Positions 9,776 to 19,724 of a stretch of 64,000 nt of DNA are shown here, one piece after another. The position numbers were made by a program, and so were the translations under genes. The notes under the pieces are model-generated. The model searched no databases. It was not told where the DNA came from and saw nothing but the letters and a program-made list of their open reading frames with translations. The DNA comes from Fimbriimonadia bacterium (GTDB lineage Bacteria > Armatimonadota > Fimbriimonadia > Fimbriimonadales > JABRVX01). Positions within the stretch are counted from its first letter, which is position 1; every line of letters starts with the position of its first letter. The stretch is taken from the NCBI GenBank assembly GCA_041483895.1, contig JBGPGO010000003.1, forward strand, positions 160,001 through 224,000, given 5' to 3'.

Positions 9776-10141
9776 GTGTTGCCGACAAAGGCCAGGCTTC
9801 GGCGTTCTTCCGACTTCAACCGCGTATATCGCGAGGGAAAGTTCTTGCACACGCCGGAACTAACGATCCATTTTCTGCCCATGCCGGGCAACGAATCGGC
9901 GAGAATCGGAGTAGTTGCAGGCAAGAAGATCGGCCCGTTGGCCAAGCGTTCACGGTGGAAGCGCCGAGTGCGGGCTGCGATTCAATCCAAATGGGGGCGA
10001 ATACCGATCGGATTCGACCTGGTTTTCGTGCTTCGGCAGGCGATTCTGCGGTCGGACTATTGGAAGATCGAAGCGAGAGTAGAGGAACTGTTGACTCGAG
10101 CGCAAACCGCGGCTGGTCCCAGCGGTTCTGCCTCTTCCTAA
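9776..10141 (+). CDS. rnpA: Ribonuclease P protein component
   Basis: [29 protein letters not shown]; position after rpmH. Confidence 0.92.
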   Translation: MLPTKARLRRSSDFNRVYREGKFLHTPELTIHFLPMPGNESARIGVVAGKKIGPLAKRSRWKRRVRAAIQSKWGRIPIGFDLVFVLRQAILRSDYWKIEARVEELLTRAQTAAGPSGSASS

Positions 10142-10323
10142 TTCGCGGCTATCGAGCTGTTTCCCGATTCACCCCGCCCATGTGCATCTTTCAGCCCACC
10201 TGTTCCGCATACGGCATGGAGGCGATTGAGAAGTATGGCGCGCTAAAAGGGATATGGATGACCCTCCGGCGGATTTTGCGGTGCCACCCGTTCGCAAAGG
10301 GAGGGTATGACCCAGTACCATGA
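10060..10323 (+). CDS. yidD: Membrane protein insertion efficiency factor
   Basis: [10 protein letters not shown]...[17 protein letters not shown]; start uncertain. Confidence 0.9.
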   Translation: MEDRSESRGTVDSSANRGWSQRFCLFLIRGYRAVSRFTPPMCIFQPTCSAYGMEAIEKYGALKGIWMTLRRILRCHPFAKGGYDPVP

Positions 10324-11561
10324 GTAAGGCTGCCCCTAAAAAGCCAGGGATGCTCCAGTTCATCCTTCTGTTTGCCGCTGTGTTTTTCGCAATGCAGCTG
10401 TTCTTCAACCCTGCGCAGCAAAATCAAGATACCCGTAAGATTGCTGAGGTCAACGCAGAATTCCAAAAGGCCGCCGATGCAAAGCATGGCGATCTATCCG
10501 GGGACCTGCAGAAGTTCTCCCAAGACATGCGGGAGAAGTATTCCGTGTTGGACAAGCGATTCTCTGGCAGCCCGGAACGCTTTCAGGCCTGGAACCTGAT
10601 GACCGTTCGGTTGGAGGACATAGGGAGAAGCGCGAAGCTGAAAGGCGACCAATTCCAATATATGGAGGCCGCCGAAAAGGAGCTTAGCACCTTCCAGCGC
10701 AAGTCCCCGGTTGAATACGAGCGGTACGCCGATACAACTCGTCTCCCTGCGCTCCACAAAGACCTCGATGAGCGCTATCAGCGCCAAACGGACTATGCCA
10801 TCGGGACCGGGTACAAGATCATTGATTCCCTGGTGAGCTTGACGGGCCGCGTATCGGGTTTCTCCTATGCCTTCGCGATGGTTTTGCTGGCGGTGGTGGT
10901 CCGTCTCGGGCTGTGGCCGCTCTCGAACTACCAGTTCCGGTTCTTCAAGCAGATGAAGCTGTTGTCGCCGATGGTTCAGGCCCTGCAAGAGCGATACAAA
11001 GGCGTCGAGCTCCAGCAGAGAATCAGCGAGCTATATAAGAAATACAATCTGAATCCGGCCTGGGGCTGTATTGGCCCTATGCTTCCCCTGCCGATTCTGA
11101 TCTGGCTGTTCAGCGTGATGCGGGCCTATCGGTTCCGCTTCGAAGAGGGCACGTTCCTCTGGATCAACCCTGCCTGGAGTCACTCGACCAGCGGGTTCTT
11201 CGCGCCGAACCTGGGTCACCTGGACAATGTGCTGCTGTGGCTCTACGCCATTTCGATGTTTGTAACCCAAAAAATGGCAGTAAGCGATCCTACGCAGATG
11301 AAGCAGCAGACGACCATGAGCATCTTCATGACTGCCACCATCGTGGTCATGATGTACCTGTATCCTTTGCCGTCCGCATTCATCTTCTATTGGATGTTGT
11401 CCAACATCCTTGCGACGGTGCAGCAAGTCTGGGTAAATAAGCAGCCGTTGGCTGTGATGGAAATGGAGCTGCCCGAACTGCCATCCGGGTCGAACGGCAA
11501 GGGGACGGGTGTCCCCAAGTCCCACAAGGGCAAGGCGACCGCAAAAAAGCGCCGCCGATAG
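10320..11561 (+). CDS. yidC: Membrane protein insertase YidC
   Basis: [38 protein letters not shown] motifs; synteny. Confidence 0.92.
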   Translation: MSKAAPKKPGMLQFILLFAAVFFAMQLFFNPAQQNQDTRKIAEVNAEFQKAADAKHGDLSGDLQKFSQDMREKYSVLDKRFSGSPERFQAWNLMTVRLEDIGRSAKLKGDQFQYMEAAEKELSTFQRKSPVEYERYADTTRLPALHKDLDERYQRQTDYAIGTGYKIIDSLVSLTGRVSGFSYAFAMVLLAVVVRLGLWPLSNYQFRFFKQMKLLSPMVQALQERYKGVELQQRISELYKKYNLNPAWGCIGPMLPLPILIWLFSVMRAYRFRFEEGTFLWINPAWSHSTSGFFAPNLGHLDNVLLWLYAISMFVTQKMAVSDPTQMKQQTTMSIFMTATIVVMMYLYPLPSAFIFYWMLSNILATVQQVWVNKQPLAVMEMELPELPSGSNGKGTGVPKSHKGKATAKKRRR

Positions 11562-11588
11562 TCATGCGTTTTATTTGGGAGGTTGACA

Positions 11589-12383
11589 TTGCAACGAATG
11601 GTTGAAGCTACTGGAAAAACGATTGATGAAGCCCGACAGTCCGCGATGCGGCTGCTCGGCGTGACCGATACCACCTGCGTAGAGTTCGAGGAGCTGCCGG
11701 AAGTGAAAGGTCTGTTCAATCGGACCTCGAAGCGAGTCCGGGCGACGCTGGGCGCGGAGCCGGTTTCTGTACCGGCGCCGGCTCCCGTATCGACTCCGGA
11801 ACCCCCTGCCGCCGCTGTGGAGGCGCCGGCACCCGCCGCGGCAACACCCGCTGCCGATCAGCCGAATTTGGACGAATTGATGCGAGTTGCTCTCGGGCCT
11901 GACGAAGATGCGATTCCTGCCGAACTGTCCGGTGAAACCGTACAATTGGCCCAGCAGATTTTGCAGGACATCATCGAGGCGTCCGGACTAAAGATCAATG
12001 CATCCTACCAGAAAACGGAGGGCCGATACATCCACCTAGAGATGAGCGGACCCGACGTGCCCCACTTTATCGGTAAGCGGGGTTCCGTCATCGATTCTCT
12101 TCAGTATCTGATGAACGTGATGATCAGCAAGGGAGAAGACGGTCCGAACGCCCGGATCGTGCTCGATGGGGACAACTATCGGATGAAGCGAGCCGAGACC
12201 CTCCAGAAATTGGCGCTGGAGTTGGCGGCTCAGGTCCGCTCCCGGAAGGAAGAGGCGGAGCTGGAGGCGTTGCCCGCCCACGAGCGGCGCATCGTCCATA
12301 GGGTCCTTCGGGATGACTCGACCATCAAGACCTATAGCGAAGGCATCGAGCCCGAGAGAAGAGTCATTATTTCTCCCGCATAA
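11589..12383 (+). CDS. jag: Jag/EloR RNA-binding protein (Jag_N, KH, R3H)
   Basis: EATGKTIDEA, FIGKRG..IDSLQYL, ERRIVH...TYSEGIEPERRVII. Confidence 0.93.
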   Translation: MQRMVEATGKTIDEARQSAMRLLGVTDTTCVEFEELPEVKGLFNRTSKRVRATLGAEPVSVPAPAPVSTPEPPAAAVEAPAPAAATPAADQPNLDELMRVALGPDEDAIPAELSGETVQLAQQILQDIIEASGLKINASYQKTEGRYIHLEMSGPDVPHFIGKRGSVIDSLQYLMNVMISKGEDGPNARIVLDGDNYRMKRAETLQKLALELAAQVRSRKEEAELEALPAHERRIVHRVLRDDSTIKTYSEGIEPERRVIISPA

Positions 12384-12528
12384 CTGCCGGAGCGAGCGGG
12401 TTATTGGTCAAAGCAGGCAGTTTTGCGACTACCAAGCAGGCAATAGCCGAGTTATAAAGAGGGCAGCGTTCTAAGTTGGGACCCATTAGCGGGCAAAAGA
12501 CCCGTTCTTCCCAACCTCCCTCTACGAT

Positions 12529-12562
12529 CGGCATACCTGAACTGGGTGTGCCGTCTTTTTTT
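12529..12562 (+). terminator. Rho-independent terminator
   Basis: cggcatacc/ggtgtgccg stem followed by tc and T7. Confidence 0.75.
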
Positions 12563-12612
12563 GTGCGCAGAGCATTGGCTGGAAGATATACTCATAGAGG
12601 GTTGAATTATCC

Positions 12613-13485
12613 GTGCCGGAATTCCTAGAAAACGTCCGAGGATTGGGTACACAGTCGCTGCTCCGTATCGTCGAGTTTGCGATCGTTTGGTACGTCATCT
12701 ATCGGCTTCTGCTGTTGGTTCGAGGAACGAGGGCCTGGCCGATTATGGGCGGCCTCCTGATCTTCGGCCTCATGTACGCACTAAGCGGCTATCTCCACAT
12801 GCACACGCTCTATTACCTTCTGGAAAAGGCCTCCGTCGTTGGCGGGATCGCGCTTGTCGTCCTGTTTTTCCCCGAGCTGCGGCAGGCGCTTGAACAGTTC
12901 GGGAGCGTGGGTCCTTGGGCGCAAAAGACCCTCTTCACCGTGGAGCAGGTCTCCCTGACGACCGTTGAGGAGATCGTGGCGGCCGTGACACAGATGTCGA
13001 TGGACCGTACCGGCGCGCTCATCGTTGTAGAGCGGGCCAGCCAGCTTGCGGAGGTCGAGGCGACCGGCACCATGCTGCAATCGCGCGTTTCCGGCGAGCT
13101 GCTGGAAAGCATCTTCCTCAAGGGAAGCCCATTGCACGACGGCGCGGTTGTGATCCGAAGCGACACGATTATCGCGGCGGCGTGCCAACTGCCCATTTCG
13201 ACCAAGCACACGCATCCAGAATTTCACATGAGGCATCGGGCGGCCATTGGCGTAACGGAGGGAACGGACGCCCTGGCCATCGTCGTCTCCGAGGAAAACG
13301 GCCGAATTTCCATCTCGATCGGGGGCCAAATCGATTTGGGCCTGAAGCCGGAGGACGTGCGGACCTACCTCAACGCCCATATCAACACGAGGCCTCGAAG
13401 CGTTCAGTCCTTGGCGGCGCGAGTCCGTGCGGCGCGAATCAAGCGCATGAGGAAGGAGGCGAAGAGTGAACTTCCTCAGGCATAA
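12613..13485 (+). CDS. cdaA: Diadenylate cyclase CdaA/DacA
   Basis: Three N-terminal TMs, FFPELRQALE, SPLHDGAVVI, RHRAA, VSEENGRISI. Confidence 0.95.
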   Translation: MPEFLENVRGLGTQSLLRIVEFAIVWYVIYRLLLLVRGTRAWPIMGGLLIFGLMYALSGYLHMHTLYYLLEKASVVGGIALVVLFFPELRQALEQFGSVGPWAQKTLFTVEQVSLTTVEEIVAAVTQMSMDRTGALIVVERASQLAEVEATGTMLQSRVSGELLESIFLKGSPLHDGAVVIRSDTIIAAACQLPISTKHTHPEFHMRHRAAIGVTEGTDALAIVVSEENGRISISIGGQIDLGLKPEDVRTYLNAHINTRPRSVQSLAARVRAARIKRMRKEAKSELPQA

Positions 13486-14410
13486 CCTGGTCGAGAAGTT
13501 CCTTGCCGCCGCCCTCGCCCTTCTGTTGTTTTGGTCTGTGGAGAGGACGTTTATTCCCGAAAAAGAGGAGACGTTTTCCAAGCGCGTCGTCTACGAAAAC
13601 GTGCCGAGAGGCATGAAAGTCCTCGGCGAATCGCCTCTGATACAGCTAACCGCCACCGGCAATCCAGAGGTCATGAAGGATCTGGCGACCGGGGACCAAC
13701 AGGCCGTGGTTGTCTCCGTCAGACTCGATTCCGCTCGGCGCGGGACCTCTTCCTACCCGGTCTACATCGCGATCCCACCCGACCTGCAAGACGAAGTCCG
13801 CTGGAAAGTGTCCCCGAAACGGATTGAGTTGACGTTGGCAGGGGAAACGGATGTGCCGGTCACGGTTGAAGCCGTTCCGACCACACAGCCGCCGCCGGGC
13901 TTTGATGACAAGGCGTGGGTCGCGGAGCCGCGAACCGTCATGGTGTCGGCCGATGAGACTGTCTTGGAGCGAGTCGCCAAGGCCCAGATCCGATACGACC
14001 CGCGCGATATGCCTGAAGCCCAGCTTCTCCACGACATCGTGCTCGTCGATCGCAACGGAAGGATTGTGACGAAGGGCGAAGTCACTTTGTCCCCATCGCG
14101 CGGCAGAGTCATTCCTACGAAGACCACTCCCGTCTCCAAGCTGCTGGCCATCGTTCCCCAGTGGTCCGGCACTCTGCCGGTCGGATACCGCCTGGTTGGA
14201 TACAAGATCTCGCCCGCCCAGGTGCCGGCGCAGGGAGCGAGCGCGGTGCTGGATTCCCTGTCTGTTCTTATGACGGAGACAATCGATATTACAGGCATGA
14301 CCGATGATCGAACGGTCACGGTGCAGGTCGTCGCGCCGGACGGTATTCGTCTGCGCCAGGGGGTGTCCGTCCAAGTGCAGCTCCAGATCGGCAAGGCGGA
14401 GGAGCCCTAA
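13466..14410 (+). CDS. cdaR: CdaR/YbbR-like regulator
   Basis: N-terminal TM then YbbR-type repeats (V.P..V...G); directly after cdaA. Confidence 0.85.
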   Translation: MNFLRHNLVEKFLAAALALLLFWSVERTFIPEKEETFSKRVVYENVPRGMKVLGESPLIQLTATGNPEVMKDLATGDQQAVVVSVRLDSARRGTSSYPVYIAIPPDLQDEVRWKVSPKRIELTLAGETDVPVTVEAVPTTQPPPGFDDKAWVAEPRTVMVSADETVLERVAKAQIRYDPRDMPEAQLLHDIVLVDRNGRIVTKGEVTLSPSRGRVIPTKTTPVSKLLAIVPQWSGTLPVGYRLVGYKISPAQVPAQGASAVLDSLSVLMTETIDITGMTDDRTVTVQVVAPDGIRLRQGVSVQVQLQIGKAEEP

Positions 14411-15285
14411 TCGCCCTCACTCTGCGCCAGGCCGATGATCAGACCGTCGAATCGGTCTTGCAGATCATCTGCAGCGCATTCGAAATCAGCTTGGACGGCG
14501 CCCGCCCGCTCTTCTTTGCCGACCCGCTTTTCAATCTGCAAAACAAATGGCTGCTGTTTGGGGATGACGGGGCCGTTGCCACCGCGAGCGTTACCCCGAT
14601 TGACCTCAATCTTGGCGACCGCTTTGTTCGGTGCGCGGGGATTGCCGGAGTCGCGACCGAACCGCGGCTGCAGGGCAGGGGATATGCAAGCGAACTGCTT
14701 GCTCAACTCCTTGAACGACTTAGCGAGGATGGGTTCGATGTCGCGGCGCTCGTCCCCGCGCGCACGGAGCTATACGAACGGTTGGGCTTTCGGTACTATG
14801 CCGACCGATGGAGCATCCAGTTTAGCCTGGCGCCGTTCGTGGACCCGATGTCGGAAATGCCGCGAGGGATGTGCGAGGAGGACAGACCGAGAATCAGAGA
14901 GCTTTATGAACAGTTTGGCGAGTCGCGACCGGGAGCCGCAAAGAGAGACGACGCGCGATGGGGATATCTGTTCTGGCACAATCAGACGATCCTGTGCGTC
15001 GGCCAACCGGTGGAGCAGTACATGATCTGCTCGTACACTCCCGAGGGCCTGTTGATAAAAGAGCTGCTGCCACCAAACCCTCGGAGACAGATGATCAACT
15101 ATCTCGCCGATCGAGGTCCCATAACCGTTGCGGGCTGGCGAGAGGATGTGGAGCCTTGGCGCGAATTCTCCGACGAGGAACCGGCATGCGAGCCATTCCT
15201 GATGGCAAAAGCCCTTTCTATGCCTTGGCCGTTTGACCCAATTTCGAACCACGCATTTTCTCTGTTCGCATGTGACCTTTTCTGA
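14410..15285 (+). CDS. GNAT acetyltransferase (Eis-like); start possibly ATC 14410, first canonical start TTG 14458
   Basis: IAGVATEPRLQGRGYAS acetyl-CoA motif; LYERLGF. Confidence 0.8.
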   Translation: MALTLRQADDQTVESVLQIICSAFEISLDGARPLFFADPLFNLQNKWLLFGDDGAVATASVTPIDLNLGDRFVRCAGIAGVATEPRLQGRGYASELLAQLLERLSEDGFDVAALVPARTELYERLGFRYYADRWSIQFSLAPFVDPMSEMPRGMCEEDRPRIRELYEQFGESRPGAAKRDDARWGYLFWHNQTILCVGQPVEQYMICSYTPEGLLIKELLPPNPRRQMINYLADRGPITVAGWREDVEPWREFSDEEPACEPFLMAKALSMPWPFDPISNHAFSLFACDLF

Positions 15286-15360
15286 GCGGTAAACTCAGCA
15301 GAACTGGGGAGGGACCAGCGCCAAACAATGGGGTCCCTCCCAACAGCATTTGGCCGTAGC

Positions 15361-17718
15361 ATGGAAGAGGGACCGCAATCCTTAGATCGTTCCGAAGTGC
15401 TTCGCGGCGTCCGAATCTCGAATTGGGACGCCGGTGTTTACACTGCCTTCCTAGCCTTCACCGGTGGCGCCTTTACCATTGGATATGCGCGATTGGCGGG
15501 GCTCAATGACTTTTGGCTCGGGGTGCTCGTCGGGCTACCCGCGCTCGTCGGCATAGCCAACATCCCTGGCTCCATTTGGGGCGACACGATGGCCAGTCGC
15601 CGGCTATTCTGCATCCCCTTCGCATTGCTGATGCGCGTTTTCTGGGTCATCATCGCCATCTTGCCCTGGTTGCCGCTCTGGTTCCCCAGCGGTGGGGTGT
15701 TGATAGCATGCCTAGCCCTCACGGGGCTCTCTTCCGCAATTATCGGCCCGGCGTTTCTCGGTTGGCTCGGGGACCTTGTGCCGGAAGGTCAGCGTGGTTG
15801 GTTCTTCGCGTATCGCACGGCCGTTTGCAGCTGGGTCGCGGTCGCTCTTGGCCTGCCGGCGGGTCTCCTTGTCGATCAGATCAAAGCTCATTTTGACGAC
15901 CATTTGGCCTTCGCGACCGCCTTTGGCCTCGGGGTCATCGCGATGCTCGCCTCATACTATTTCTTTGCGAGGATTCCGGAGCCGCCCCGCGCGACGGTGC
16001 AGAAGCGATCGTTGCGCGAAGCCATTTCCTCTCTCGGATTTGCGTTCACTGATCGAAGCATGCGCCCGCTGTATTTGTTCTTTCTGCTCGTCGCGTTCTC
16101 AACCTCCTTCCCTGGCGCATTTCTCCCGGCCTACATGTTGGAAGAGTTGAAGATGAATTACGCGACGATCCAGATCCTGGGAACGGTCTCCGCAATATCA
16201 ACGATCCTATCAACGAAGATGTGGGGATTCCTGACCGACAAATTTGGATCGAAGGCCGTTCTGGCCGTTGCCACCGCCGGGGTAGTTCCCATCATGGGCT
16301 TGTGGATCGCGACCAACCCGGAACACATGACGGCCACCTACATCTATCTGGTGATAGGCAACATTTTCGGCGGCGTATTCTGGGCCGGCGTCGGCATCGC
16401 GCAGCTAAAGATGATGATCGAAGCCGCGCCGGAAGAGCATCGGTCCGTCTCAGTCGGCGCGATTTCGGCTCTTGTTGCGGTCGTGATGGGGGTTGCGCCG
16501 ATGGTTGCAGGCGTGGTCATGAACGCGACCGCGGGCCACATCATCAATGAATATCGCTACGAGACGCTGTTCGGGATAACGCTGGGCTTCCGGCTGCTCG
16601 CCGCTGGGAGCGTGTTCTTCATACGCGATCGCGGCCAATCCACCGTCAAGACCCTCGTCACGCAGCTCGGCTCCGTCACGCCGACCGGCGTAATGGCCCT
16701 TCGCTCCCTGGTCCGCAAGCATGATCCGGAAAGCCGGGAGGCTGCGGTCGTTCGGCTCGGGGAATCCAAGATGGAGATTGCGATCGACGAATTGGCCAAG
16801 GTGCTTTCCGACCCGCAGCCGTCGGTGCGGCGAAAGGCCGTCATCGCACTTGGCCAGATCGGAGGCAGCCAGGCCGCGGAAGTCATCGTCGAACACCTGC
16901 GACAAAGGCCGGAAGCGGCCATCGAAGAGATGGTGGACATACTCGCTCAGCTCGGCGAGGTGTCGGCTGTGGAGGCCCTTGTTCCATTGCTGCAACACCC
17001 GAGCCCAAGCATGCGATTGGCTACCGCCCGAGCCCTCGGCCGGATCGGCGGCCTGCAGGCTGTGGCGGCTCTCATCGCTGTGGCTCTTCCGGGCGGCGAC
17101 CCGGATCTTCGCAGGACCGCAATCCGGGCGCTTGGCGGCACGGGGGCGGCAGAGGCGACCGAGGTGGTCATCGACGCACTGGACGCACCGGAGGCCAGCA
17201 TCCGGATTGTGGCCGCCGAAGCCACCGCCGCTCTGGGCATTCGGGAGGCGGCGCAGATGCTGCGAGATATGCTGCCGAAGGTGGATGGAGCAGTGGCCGC
17301 GGAAATGGACTACGCGCTGGGCGCTGTGGGAGAAGCCGACGATCTGGACCGTATCATGCGCTCGGTCGAGCGGCTGCATGGCGGGTTTCCGCGTCAACGC
17401 GCCGTGCTGGGCATCGGCAAGCTTCTGGGCGTCGAGAGCGACCTCTACCGGCTATTTGTGCTCCAGGGCATGGAGCTGGATGCCGCCGTGCTCAAGACAC
17501 TGCGAAAGCCGAATTCGCAAGGCTACCAAGAGGTGATTCGGTGCTACTCGCAAGGCGACGAGGCGGCGGCGCTCCGGGCGCTGGCGTCTTTGCCGGATGC
17601 GCCACCGGTGATCCGAACGATTGCCGGGGTGCCATGCCGGGAAACCTTCCTGCTTTCGATCGCTCTTTTGGGTCATGGCACGGATCGTGCTTCTTCCATT
17701 GTCAACAAGGACAACTAG
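15361..17718 (+). CDS. MFS transporter fused to HEAT repeats
   Basis: About 12 TMs with WLGDLVP..RG and WGFLTDKFGSK; C-terminal VRRKAVIALGQIG/RLATARALGRIG repeats. Confidence 0.85.
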   Translation: MEEGPQSLDRSEVLRGVRISNWDAGVYTAFLAFTGGAFTIGYARLAGLNDFWLGVLVGLPALVGIANIPGSIWGDTMASRRLFCIPFALLMRVFWVIIAILPWLPLWFPSGGVLIACLALTGLSSAIIGPAFLGWLGDLVPEGQRGWFFAYRTAVCSWVAVALGLPAGLLVDQIKAHFDDHLAFATAFGLGVIAMLASYYFFARIPEPPRATVQKRSLREAISSLGFAFTDRSMRPLYLFFLLVAFSTSFPGAFLPAYMLEELKMNYATIQILGTVSAISTILSTKMWGFLTDKFGSKAVLAVATAGVVPIMGLWIATNPEHMTATYIYLVIGNIFGGVFWAGVGIAQLKMMIEAAPEEHRSVSVGAISALVAVVMGVAPMVAGVVMNATAGHIINEYRYETLFGITLGFRLLAAGSVFFIRDRGQSTVKTLVTQLGSVTPTGVMALRSLVRKHDPESREAAVVRLGESKMEIAIDELAKVLSDPQPSVRRKAVIALGQIGGSQAAEVIVEHLRQRPEAAIEEMVDILAQLGEVSAVEALVPLLQHPSPSMRLATARALGRIGGLQAVAALIAVALPGGDPDLRRTAIRALGGTGAAEATEVVIDALDAPEASIRIVAAEATAALGIREAAQMLRDMLPKVDGAVAAEMDYALGAVGEADDLDRIMRSVERLHGGFPRQRAVLGIGKLLGVESDLYRLFVLQGMELDAAVLKTLRKPNSQGYQEVIRCYSQGDEAAALRALASLPDAPPVIRTIAGVPCRETFLLSIALLGHGTDRASSIVNKDN

Positions 17719-17785
17719 CCGAGGCGTCGGGCCGGGTCTCAACTCACCCATTCGATGCCGAAAACCGCACCATTCACATCACTAG

Positions 17786-17819
17786 CCCGGTCGTGCCATC
17801 ACGACAGGGTTCTTTTTTT
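17786..17819 (+). terminator. Rho-independent terminator
   Basis: gtcgtg-ccat-cacgac stem with flanking ccc/ggg and T7. Confidence 0.55.
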
Positions 17820-17892
17820 GCCCCGGGATCAGACGGATCGGACCGATCTGACTGATTCTTGGATTTTCATTGGCGATCGCATCGTCAACGTG

Positions 17893-18089
17893 CGCTGTGT
17901 TGGGGTTCTCGCCTACCGAATACCACCGAATTCCGGCCACCAAAGACCCCAACACCAAGTAATCTGTAGTCGCGGGCCGTCGTGCCGAATGCCCACAATT
18001 GCCAACCACCAAGGCCCGCGTTCGACCGCTGTGTTGGGGTTCTCGCCTACCGAATACCACCGAATTCCGACAACCAAAGACCCCAACAC
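17893..18089. repeat. Cluster of long-loop hairpin repeats (two 63-bp direct copies flanking a GTAG-type unit)
   Basis: 17893-17955 and 18027-18089 nearly identical (gtgttggggt...accccaacac); middle unit gtagtcgcgggcc...ggcccgcg. Confidence 0.85.
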
Positions 18090-18113
18090 TGTGTACCAAA
18101 GTACCCAGTAAGT

Positions 18114-18143
18114 TTGACTCCCCGCAAAAACAGGTGGTAGCCT
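18114..18143 (+). promoter_or_regulatory. Putative sigma70-type promoter
   Basis: TTGACT-N18-TAGCCT with extended TG; SD GGAGG before ATG 18182. Confidence 0.45.
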
Positions 18144-18181
18144 CAACCTTCATTGCGCCAGCGCAAAAAGGGAGGTTCCTT

Positions 18182-18850
18182 ATGCGTTTGACGACATTAA
18201 TTCGTTTGGGAGTTGCCACACTCGTAGTGGCGGTGAGCGCGATCCAGGCCGGAAAGGCCGAAATCACAAACGGAAACGTCAACAAACCAGGGGAGAAGCA
18301 GGCAGCTTTCCTGCTCTCGGAATGGAAGCCGGTGCCCTATGTAAAGGAGTACATCCGCGATCGGAATACTCCCCGTGGGGCCATCAAGAAGGTTCGTGAC
18401 GGCAAAAACGGCACGATCTTCAATGTCTATCAGGTCCTCGTGCCCGGAAAGGGCGCGCAGGTCAAGAAGCTCATCTACCAGGCAATCGATCCAGCCGTGA
18501 GTGAGCTCTATCTCATCGGCGAGGCGGGATACAAAACCTCCCGTGGCTCCTTTGGCGGTCGGAAGGTTGTCATGCTGACGGCCACGGCCTACGATCCCGG
18601 TCCGGGCAGTTGCGGCAAATTCGCGACGGGCTATACGGCGACCGGGCTGAAGGCCGTTTACGGCATCGTGGCGGTTGATACTTCCATCATCCCGATGGGC
18701 ACTCACATGTATATCGAGGGCTATGGGTATGCCATTGCCGGCGATAGGGGATCGGCCATCAAGGGCCGGAAGATCGATCTCTGCTTCCACACGCGAAAAG
18801 AAGCGCTCAAGTTTGGGCGCAAAAAGGTGAAAGTCCACATACTTGACTGA
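18182..18850 (+). CDS. 3D-domain protein with G5-like region (peptidoglycan lytic transglycosylase-like)
   Basis: ATAY, TATG, VAVDTSIIPMGT, AGDRGSAIKGRKIDL; located before rsmA. Confidence 0.88.
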   Translation: MRLTTLIRLGVATLVVAVSAIQAGKAEITNGNVNKPGEKQAAFLLSEWKPVPYVKEYIRDRNTPRGAIKKVRDGKNGTIFNVYQVLVPGKGAQVKKLIYQAIDPAVSELYLIGEAGYKTSRGSFGGRKVVMLTATAYDPGPGSCGKFATGYTATGLKAVYGIVAVDTSIIPMGTHMYIEGYGYAIAGDRGSAIKGRKIDLCFHTRKEALKFGRKKVKVHILD

Positions 18851-19724
18851 TCCTTCGGCTTCGCTCAGGACAGGACGCTGCTCGGTTTCAGGCATCCGGC
18901 GCATGCTGGGTGAGCTAGGAGTAAGGCCCCGGAAAAGCTGGGGCCAGCATTTTTTGTGCGACGCGAACGTGGCGCGGAAGATGGTGGCGGCTCTTGGGCC
19001 TTCTGAGCAGATTTTGGAGATCGGGCCGGGGCTGGGGGCGCTGACAACGCTTCTTGCCGAGACCGGGGCTTCGGTGGTCGCCATCGAACGGGATCCATTG
19101 ATGGTTCAATCTCTCGCGTCCCTATCGTCTCCGTCGTCTTCGTCGATTCCTCCGTCCCTTTCGTCTCTGTCGTCCCTTCCCGTCACGGTGATAGAGGCCG
19201 ACGTGCTGGACTATGATATCGGGTCTGTCTTTGATGGTTCGTTCGTGGTGGTGGCCAACCTGCCGTACTACATAACGTCTCCCATTTTGGAGCGGCTCTT
19301 TGCGTTGCGCACCCGAATCACGAAGATGGTGCTGACGATGCAGACGGAGGTGGCGGACCGCCTTCTCTCCCCGCCTGGCACAAAGACCTACGGGTCGCTT
19401 TCGCTGTTCGCACAGTATCACGCCGAGATACGGAGGCTGTTCACCATCCCGCCCACCTGCTTCTACCCTCCGCCGGAGGTGCAGTCAACGGTGGTCGAGC
19501 TCATCCCCGTCCCTCCTCGCTTGTCCCCCGCGGAGGAGGCCACTTTCCGGAAACTGGTCCGCGCGGGATTTGGGACTCGGCGCAAGACCCTCCGCAACGC
19601 CCTCAAACCGCTCTTTTCCCCCGACCAGCTCGCCGCCCTCCCCATCGACCTCTCCCGCCGCGCGGAGACGCTGTCGCTGGAGGAATTTGTGGCCTTGGCA
19701 AAGTCCTTGCAGCCACAGAATTAA
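18843..19724 (+). CDS. rsmA: 16S rRNA adenine dimethyltransferase
   Basis: KSWGQHFL, LEIGPGLGALT, VANLPYYITSPI, FYPPPEVQS, RRKTLRN, RRAETLS. Confidence 0.96.
   Translation: MTDPSASLRTGRCSVSGIRRMLGELGVRPRKSWGQHFLCDANVARKMVAALGPSEQILEIGPGLGALTTLLAETGASVVAIERDPLMVQSLASLSSPSSSSIPPSLSSLSSLPVTVIEADVLDYDIGSVFDGSFVVVANLPYYITSPILERLFALRTRITKMVLTMQTEVADRLLSPPGTKTYGSLSLFAQYHAEIRRLFTIPPTCFYPPPEVQSTVVELIPVPPRLSPAEEATFRKLVRAGFGTRRKTLRNALKPLFSPDQLAALPIDLSRRAETLSLEEFVALAKSLQPQN

Noticed and set aside
12384..12612. Known c-di-AMP (ydaO) riboswitch, glmS ribozyme or 6S RNA
   Set aside because: Consensus motifs not recognised by eye and the hairpin is short for 6S; kept only as an unclassified structured RNA
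15283..15330. Sec read-through at other TGA stops (GNAT 15285, 3D protein 18850, mog 54342, fabI 62247)
   Set aside because: The proteins appear complete, with no redox motif at the stop and no GGU-loop hairpin at a suitable distance
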